Shown in pieces: positions 58,547-64,000 of a DNA stretch of 64,000 nucleotides. Both the position numbers and the translations under genes were made by a program. Below the pieces are notes generated by a model that was given only the letters and a program-made list of their open reading frames with translations, searched no databases and was not told the DNA's origin. The DNA is taken from positions 14,402 through 78,401 of the forward strand of contig CALZHD010000012.1 in NCBI GenBank assembly GCA_945787155.1. Reading direction: 5' to 3'. The stretch is from an uncultured Gammaproteobacteria bacterium (GTDB lineage Bacteria; Pseudomonadota; Gammaproteobacteria; SZUA-140). Numbering within the stretch: the stretch's first letter is position 1; each line of letters begins with the position of its first letter.

Positions 58547-59055
58547 CGACCCGGTCCCCGCTTTAGCGCAGGCAGCTCGCTGAGCCACTCGCCACACAGT
58601 GCGTGCAGCGCCTGCACATCACCGTCAACCTGCTGTCGATAAGGGGCATCCAGCAACAGACGACCAACACCTTCACTGAAAGGGTTGAACTGTGACAACG
58701 AATGCGTCCGATCAAGATAACGTAACCACGCCTCACCACTAAGACCGGCCACCACTTCACGCGGGTAATAGCTAAGACAGACTCGACGTAACAAAATAGA
58801 TAACCCCTGCACCAATCGATTCACATCTTGCTGCTGCTGAAACTCTGCCATCAAACGTTGCCACTCTGCCAGTGCGGCCACACGTACCTGCGCCTCGGCT
58901 TTGCGCCGTTGCCACCACCACACCAGCGCCACACAAACAGTGATCGATCCTAGCAACCACCACCAACCCGGCGCCAGTGGCCACCACGAAATCGCCTCGG
59001 GCAGATGGATGTCTCGCAGAGGTAACTCAACAGCCGTCATCGCATCATCCATCAT
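58543..59055 (-). CDS. DUF4381 family protein
   Basis: LPLRDIHLPEAISWWPLAPGWW, LSGEAWLRYLD. Confidence 0.88.
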   Translation of the reverse strand: MMDDAMTAVELPLRDIHLPEAISWWPLAPGWWWLLGSITVCVALVWWWQRRKAEAQVRVAALAEWQRLMAEFQQQQDVNRLVQGLSILLRRVCLSYYPREVVAGLSGEAWLRYLDRTHSLSQFNPFSEGVGRLLLDAPYRQQVDGDVQALHALCGEWLSELPALKRGPGR

Positions 59056-60086
59056 GCCGCCCCACGCATTCCTAAGCCGTCGCGCAATCTACCGGCTAAC
59101 GACTGCGTCGTGGCGCAGGGAATAAAACAGATGCCGTGACGATGACAGAGTGTTTGCAACGCATCGCGTCGTGCAATGAAGCGCTGATGATATGTTGCGC
59201 GCGCGCTTGCCACAGTGGTATCAAGCACCATCGTCTGTTCACCATCCCCCACACGATAGAGCCCTGCGGGTGGCAAGGTCGACTCCAGTTCATCATAAAT
59301 AAAAAACATCACCACATCATTGTGTCGCGCTAGTTGAGAGAGATGCAGTTCACAACGATCATCGACTTCACGAAAGTCACTCAACAGTACTACCAGACTG
59401 CCCGGACGTGCTACTCGTCGCAGACGTAGCAGTGATTGCAATGCAGCCTCGCTTGCTGCGATGGCATCATGCTGCTGAGCTTTTGCCTGCAACCATGCCG
59501 CTTGCTCCTGCTCTACTAAACGCTGAATAAGATGCAGCACCGCATGTTTACTTCCCTGAGGACGCAACTCCTCGTGCTGCTGTTCTGAAAAGATAAGCCC
59601 ACCGACACGATCGCCCTGCTTCACCGCCGCCCACCCCAGCAGTGCCGCGGCGCGCGCTGCAATCACAGACTTAAAGGCACCACGGGTCGCAAAAAACATC
59701 GAGCGACGGTTGTCGACCCACAGTAACACCGCGCGCTCACGCTCTTCACGAAACAGTTTAGTGTGTGGTTTTCCACTGCGTGCCATCACGCGCCAGTCGA
59801 GCGTGCGCACATCGTCTCCCGCTTGATAGGGACGCACTTCATCAAACTCCATTCCACGACCACGAAACGATGACAGATACTGCCCACTCTGCACCGCCCG
59901 CACCTTTAATGCCGTCAGCGACAGCGTTGCCGCCTGACGATGCAATGCGATCAATGATTTTTTGTCGATGCGTATCGGATTAAAGGATGTTTCATCATCC
60001 ACAGATGCTGTAGACGAGGCAGACTCGTCAGCAAGATCATGTCGCGACGTTCTTCGACCCAACAGTTGTGACAGACGTTTCAACAC
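59052..60086 (-). CDS. DUF58 family protein
   Basis: FRGRGMEFDEVRPYQAGDDVRTLDWRV, EERER, LLSDF. Confidence 0.9.
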   Translation of the reverse strand: MLKRLSQLLGRRTSRHDLADESASSTASVDDETSFNPIRIDKKSLIALHRQAATLSLTALKVRAVQSGQYLSSFRGRGMEFDEVRPYQAGDDVRTLDWRVMARSGKPHTKLFREERERAVLLWVDNRRSMFFATRGAFKSVIAARAAALLGWAAVKQGDRVGGLIFSEQQHEELRPQGSKHAVLHLIQRLVEQEQAAWLQAKAQQHDAIAASEAALQSLLRLRRVARPGSLVVLLSDFREVDDRCELHLSQLARHNDVVMFFIYDELESTLPPAGLYRVGDGEQTMVLDTTVASARATYHQRFIARRDALQTLCHRHGICFIPCATTQSLAGRLRDGLGMRGAA

Positions 60087-60104
60087 AGCGGTATCAGGAT
60101 GACT

Positions 60105-61088
60105 TTATGGCACAGCGATACGGGCAATCAACGCTTCAATAAAGCGATCCGGCGTAATCCCATCTGCTTCCGCCTCGTAGCTCAATAAAATACGATGACG
60201 CAGCACATCATAAGCGACCGACTGCACGTCTTCAGGACCAACAAAATCACGGCCATCGAGCCAGGCGTGGGCGCGCGCACAACGATCCAGTGCGATTGTC
60301 GCCCGTGGACTGCCGCCATATTGCAACCAACGGCCCAGCTGCTCATCGTAGGCCGAGGGGTTGCGCGTCGCGAGCACGATCTGCATCAGGTACTCTTCGA
60401 TATTTTCCGCCATGTAAACTTCAAGCACCTCACGGCGCGCGGCAAACAGCGCTTCCTGAGTCACCATCGGCGCTATCGTTGACGTGTGAGTAATCGCGTC
60501 TCGCGCCTCGCCTCTTGCAAGATGCAGGATCTCACGCTCTGCGGCCGCATCGGGATAATCGATATTCACATGCATCAGAAAACGATCCAGCTGTGCCTCG
60601 GGCAGTGGATAGGTTCCCTCCTGCTCAATCGGGTTCTGGGTCGCCATCACCAAGAAAAGCGCTGGCAGTTTATAGGTCACAGAGCCTACCGTGATCTGAC
60701 GTTCGGCCATCGCCTCCAGTAGTGCCGACTGCACCTTGGCCGGGGCACGGTTGATCTCGTCCGCGAGAATCAGATTATGAAACAGCGGCCCCTGCTGAAA
60801 GGTAAAGGAACCATCCTGCGGTCGAAATATTTCGGTACCTGTGAGGTCTGCGGGCAGCAGGTCTGGGGTGAACTGCACACGGTGAAAGTCACCTTCAATG
60901 CCCTCACCCAGCACCTTGATGGCACGCGTCTTGGCAAGCCCAGGAGCACCCTCAACCAGTAGATGCCCATCCGCTAGCAAAGCAATCAATAAACGATTGA
61001 CCAACAGAGGCTGCCCTATGATATGTTGACTGATCGTTTGATAAAGCTGCTGAATACTCTGCTGATGAGACATAACTACCCTTGTCAT
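60105..61088 (-). CDS. moxR: MoxR-family AAA+ ATPase
   Basis: GAPGLAKT, QFTPDLLPAD, ADEINRAPAKVQSALLEAM, ATQNPIEQEGTYPLPEAQLDRF, GGSPRA. Confidence 0.93.
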   Translation of the reverse strand: MTRVVMSHQQSIQQLYQTISQHIIGQPLLVNRLLIALLADGHLLVEGAPGLAKTRAIKVLGEGIEGDFHRVQFTPDLLPADLTGTEIFRPQDGSFTFQQGPLFHNLILADEINRAPAKVQSALLEAMAERQITVGSVTYKLPALFLVMATQNPIEQEGTYPLPEAQLDRFLMHVNIDYPDAAAEREILHLARGEARDAITHTSTIAPMVTQEALFAARREVLEVYMAENIEEYLMQIVLATRNPSAYDEQLGRWLQYGGSPRATIALDRCARAHAWLDGRDFVGPEDVQSVAYDVLRHRILLSYEAEADGITPDRFIEALIARIAVP

Positions 61089-61161
61089 AATTTAGGCTTG
61101 AACTAAAGCCGATATTTTAAGAACTCTAACCATTTTTGCCAAGTATGAGGTGCTACGGTGA

Positions 61162-61791
61162 TCACTTGCTTAACACGGCCATCGCCGCATTAATCATCTG
61201 CAACCGTGAGGTGTCACCCCCACGGTCAGGGTGATGCTCCATCGCCAGGCGACGGTAATGCTGCTTGATCGTGACCACATCCAGTACAGCACCGACCGGA
61301 TCACTCAGCCCCAGCACTTCCAGTGCCTGGCGACGCCGTTCCGAGCCATTCAGACGCGCCCAGAACTTGTTTAGCATCTGCTCCACTTCCAGTGCCGTGG
61401 TCTGCTCCAATTGTGCGCTGTCGAGATAGTAGTCACGCAACGCGTCGACGCCACTCAGCCGATTTTTTTCACTCTGTTGGACATTGTACGGACGCAATAT
61501 TACCAACAGCGGGCTGATCTCAAGCAAACCGCTCTGCTGCTCCCACAGGCGATCGCGCAGACGATACAAGGCGTTGAAGAGTCGAAAGTGAGCACAGAAA
61601 AGGGGAAAAGTATCACGCAGTTGTGAGATATCGAAGCGGCTATCGCCCATCTCAAACAACGCCGCAAAGAGATCGTATTCGCTTAAGCCAGTCGGATGAG
61701 TGCGCAAAAGGATCAGCAGCTGTTCGCCAAGCTCATCCGCGTGTCCTTCCGTGACAGGCGCTGGCATAACCTCCTTGTCATGCCCACCCAT
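61162..61791 (-). CDS. DnaJ-related protein with C-terminal J domain
   Basis: LSEYDL, LFCAHFRLFNALYRL, LRDYYLD, IKQHYRRLAMEHHPDRGG. Confidence 0.88.
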   Translation of the reverse strand: MGGHDKEVMPAPVTEGHADELGEQLLILLRTHPTGLSEYDLFAALFEMGDSRFDISQLRDTFPLFCAHFRLFNALYRLRDRLWEQQSGLLEISPLLVILRPYNVQQSEKNRLSGVDALRDYYLDSAQLEQTTALEVEQMLNKFWARLNGSERRRQALEVLGLSDPVGAVLDVVTIKQHYRRLAMEHHPDRGGDTSRLQMINAAMAVLSK

Positions 61792-61819
61792 GATATATGA
61801 GGACCCGTAATCCGAACGG

Positions 61820-62497
61820 TTACTGAACCTTCAGTAGCTCAACATCAAACATCAACGTTGCATTCGGACCGATATCACCACCTGCACCACGTGAGCCATA
61901 GGCCAGATCTGAAGGGATGAAGAGCTGCCACTTGGCACCTTCTTTCATCAATTGCAGCGCCTCAGTCCAGCCTTTGATAACCCCGCCCACAGGGAAGGTG
62001 GCGGGCTCACCACGACGATGAGAACTATCAAATTCCTGACCATTAATCAGCGTGCCACGATAGTGAACCGAGACGGTATCTTCTGCGGTTGGCTGCTTGC
62101 CAGTGCCCGCCGTGATGACTTTATACTGCAACCCACTTGGCAGCTCGGTAACACCTTTTTTGTTCTTGTTCTCAGCCAGGAATTTCACGCCTTCCTCTTT
62201 ATTAGCATTTCCCGCTAACTCTTTTTTGGCCGTCTCACGTTTCTGATAATCAGCAAACAACGTCTGCATTTCCTCTACCGTCAATTGTGGCTGCTTGTCA
62301 GAGAGAATATCTTTGATCGCCATCCCCACTGATCCCGCATCAATATCCATACCATTACGTTTCAGGTCCTGACCAATCTGGACCCCCACCGCATAGCTAA
62401 ATTTCTGTTTTTCACTCTCAAGCCCACCATCAGCCGCAGACGCCACAGATATAGATGAAGCCATCAACAGCGATGTAAAAAGAACCCTGGATTTCAT
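61820..62497 (-). CDS. FKBP-type peptidyl-prolyl isomerase (FkpA/FklB/Mip family)
   Basis: Signal peptide, KFSYAVG, LPSGLQY, VHYRGTL, FDSS, VIKGWTEALQLM, IPSDLAYG, FDVELL. Confidence 0.93.
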   Translation of the reverse strand: MKSRVLFTSLLMASSISVASAADGGLESEKQKFSYAVGVQIGQDLKRNGMDIDAGSVGMAIKDILSDKQPQLTVEEMQTLFADYQKRETAKKELAGNANKEEGVKFLAENKNKKGVTELPSGLQYKVITAGTGKQPTAEDTVSVHYRGTLINGQEFDSSHRRGEPATFPVGGVIKGWTEALQLMKEGAKWQLFIPSDLAYGSRGAGGDIGPNATLMFDVELLKVQ

Positions 62498-62553
62498 ATC
62501 TTTCCTCGTAATAATAAGTGTTGTGTCTTGCGCTCAAACACGATTATGCAGAT

Positions 62554-62582
62554 AAAAAAAAGGGATAGGATTTACCTACCCC
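62554..62582 (-). terminator. Strong intrinsic terminator
   Basis: Minus strand GGGGTAGG-TAAAT-CCTATCCC-T8. Confidence 0.85.
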
Positions 62583-62657
62583 CATCTAGCGTGCACTCCG
62601 TGCTGAGTCTCCATTTCCGTTACTCTGAACTTGTTCTTCCATGAGAAGCCTTTGATA
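62554..62657 (-). ncRNA. Candidate CsrA/RsmA-sequestering small RNA (about 100 nt)
   Basis: Lies between a consensus-like promoter and a strong terminator. Four ANGGA motifs sit in predicted hairpin loops. Confidence 0.55.
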
Positions 62658-62663
62658 GACATA

Positions 62664-62692
62664 GTTATACTCCCCCAGACTACAGCCGTCAA
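62664..62692 (-). promoter_or_regulatory. Sigma70 promoter
   Basis: TTGACG-17 nt-TATAAC. The -35 lies within a 10-bp-period direct repeat, GTCAAATC x2 (62688-62705). Confidence 0.7.
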
Positions 62693-62874
62693 ATCCTGTC
62701 AAATCGGCGCTTTCAGACTACTTTCAAATGCCAAAAGCACCTACTCAGAACAAGCATATTTACCCTGCCATTCCAGCCAGACAATATTTTTGTGGTCAAA
62801 TACCAATCCCATTTGTACACTCCACAGACATAACTGTAGACCACAACATCAACAAGGCAATCAAGGAGGTAATC

Positions 62875-63690
62875 ATGACAAAAAAGACGTTTGTTGGAAC
62901 ATTCTGCAAAGCCTCACTTCTCGCATGCTGTGTCACAACTAATGCAACCGCTGCCACCGCCCCTTCTGTTGATGAGATCATCAACCAGTGCTACTACAAA
63001 TACGCAGGGGATGACCAGCGCTCGCACATGCAGATCACCCTCAAAGCGGCCGGCGGAAAATCACAAGTGAGCGAATATACCCGACTGTGGAAGAATTACA
63101 GCGGCCGCGGCGGTGTCGTCGACAAGGTACTCCTCTTCACCGATATTCCACTCAAAGACAGAGGACTGGCCTTTATGCGCTGGGGACACACCGGTGACAG
63201 CGGCCAGGCAACCGAACAGTGGATCTACCTGCCCGATCTAAGAAAAGTACGCCGCCTTACCCCGCGTGATCCCGAGACCAAAGAGTGGATCATCAAAGAT
63301 GAAGACCTGCGACTGCGCGAACCCCACGAGGATCATCACACCTTTGTCGGTGAAAAATCATCTGATGGCAATGCCTACTATGTGGTTGAGTTCAAGCCGA
63401 GCGACGACCCGGTCTACAGCAAGCGCACCTTCTGGTTCAACAAAAAGGATAATGCCGACGAGTGCTCACTGTACAAGGTCGACTTTTACGATAAACGCGG
63501 AGAAAAGACCAAACAGCAGTTCATCGAATGGCGTCGCAAGGGCAAAGCGTGGATATGGGATAAGGTCGTGATCGAAGATACTAACAGCGACGCCTACATT
63601 CACTACGACATGAAAAAAGTTGAGGTCAATGTTGGACTGGATGATGCGCTATTCACACAGCGCTCGATGCAAAAAGGATACTCTCAGTAG
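62875..63690 (+). CDS. Outer-membrane lipoprotein-sorting (LolA-like) protein
   Basis: GGAGG RBS, signal peptide, KVLLFTD, RGLAFM, EQWIYLPDLRKVRR, LYKVDFYDKRG, LDDALFTQRSM. Confidence 0.8.
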   Translation: MTKKTFVGTFCKASLLACCVTTNATAATAPSVDEIINQCYYKYAGDDQRSHMQITLKAAGGKSQVSEYTRLWKNYSGRGGVVDKVLLFTDIPLKDRGLAFMRWGHTGDSGQATEQWIYLPDLRKVRRLTPRDPETKEWIIKDEDLRLREPHEDHHTFVGEKSSDGNAYYVVEFKPSDDPVYSKRTFWFNKKDNADECSLYKVDFYDKRGEKTKQQFIEWRRKGKAWIWDKVVIEDTNSDAYIHYDMKKVEVNVGLDDALFTQRSMQKGYSQ

Positions 63691-63700
63691 AGACCTATCA

Positions 63701-64000
63701 CTAGCGGTACAGCGCCTCAAATCCTGAGGGACTGAATCCATTCATGCGTTTTTTACCCACCAGAATAATCGGCACGCCAGTGCCGTTCAAAGCCTTGTAA
63801 TCCTCGCGCCCCTTGCTGGTGGTCTCGGTATCATACTCGACAAATGGGATCCCTTTCGCCTTAAAATAACGACGCGCTTTTTTACAGTAGCCACACCATG
63901 TTGTGCTATACATCACCACTTTACCCCGTCGGGTATCGGGGGTGAAGGATGCTTCAAAGGGAACGATCTCTGATGAGGTGTAACTATTGATCCTGACTTC
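63701..64000 (-). CDS. Glutaredoxin-family (NrdH-like) protein, 3' part; 5' end outside the window
   Basis: Frame open from 64000: EVRINSY...VVMYSTTWCGYCKKARRYF...YDTE...GTGVPIILVG...GFSP. Confidence 0.85.
   Translation of the reverse strand, partial: EVRINSYTSSEIVPFEASFTPDTRRGKVVMYSTTWCGYCKKARRYFKAKGIPFVEYDTETTSKGREDYKALNGTGVPIILVGKKRMNGFSPSGFEALYR

Noticed and set aside
802-63571. Numerous 60-225 aa ORFs antisense to or overlapping confident genes (for example 6215-6892, 10103-10582, 29987-30490, 38133-38564)
   Set aside because: Shadow frames of well-supported genes, with no RBS, motif or family resemblance.

Overview
Gammaproteobacterial chromosome segment (inferred from the gltX-tRNA-Ala(GGC)-tRNA-Glu(TTC) arrangement, rbbA and RpoH-type promoters), mostly accessory DNA. 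Left to right: (1) 5' half of an Afp/PVC/AlgoCIS-type extracellular contractile injection system, minus strand, 1-5401. (2) A binding protein / GGDEF-EAL / porin module. (3) An archaic (Csu-like) chaperone-usher fimbrial operon whose first pilin carries an N-terminal MshEN-like (c-di-GMP-binding family) domain ahead of its signal peptide; this is the top candidate for an undescribed system. (4) An HlyD-RbbA-permease-TolC exporter. (5) An integrase-less island of about 11.4 kb, bounded by 61-bp direct repeats of the tRNA-Glu 3' end plus terminator. It carries three small heat-shock proteins, DegP and a Gld-like ABC system behind three sigma32-like promoters; a third tRNA-end copy has a four-hairpin insertion in its T-loop. 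(6) gltX, whose reading frame runs into tRNA-Ala. (7) A signalling cluster with a receiver-fused PilB/GspE ATPase, an MglA GTPase without MglB, a degenerate HD-GYP protein and several kinases. (8) A MoxR/VWA/Bat operon, an FKBP PPIase, a candidate CsrA/RsmA-binding sRNA, a LolA-like protein and a partial glutaredoxin. About ten genes carry frameshifts, deletions or a nonsense codon; whether this is genome decay or assembly error cannot be settled from the sequence alone. Family assignments come from motif recognition by eye; no database search was run.
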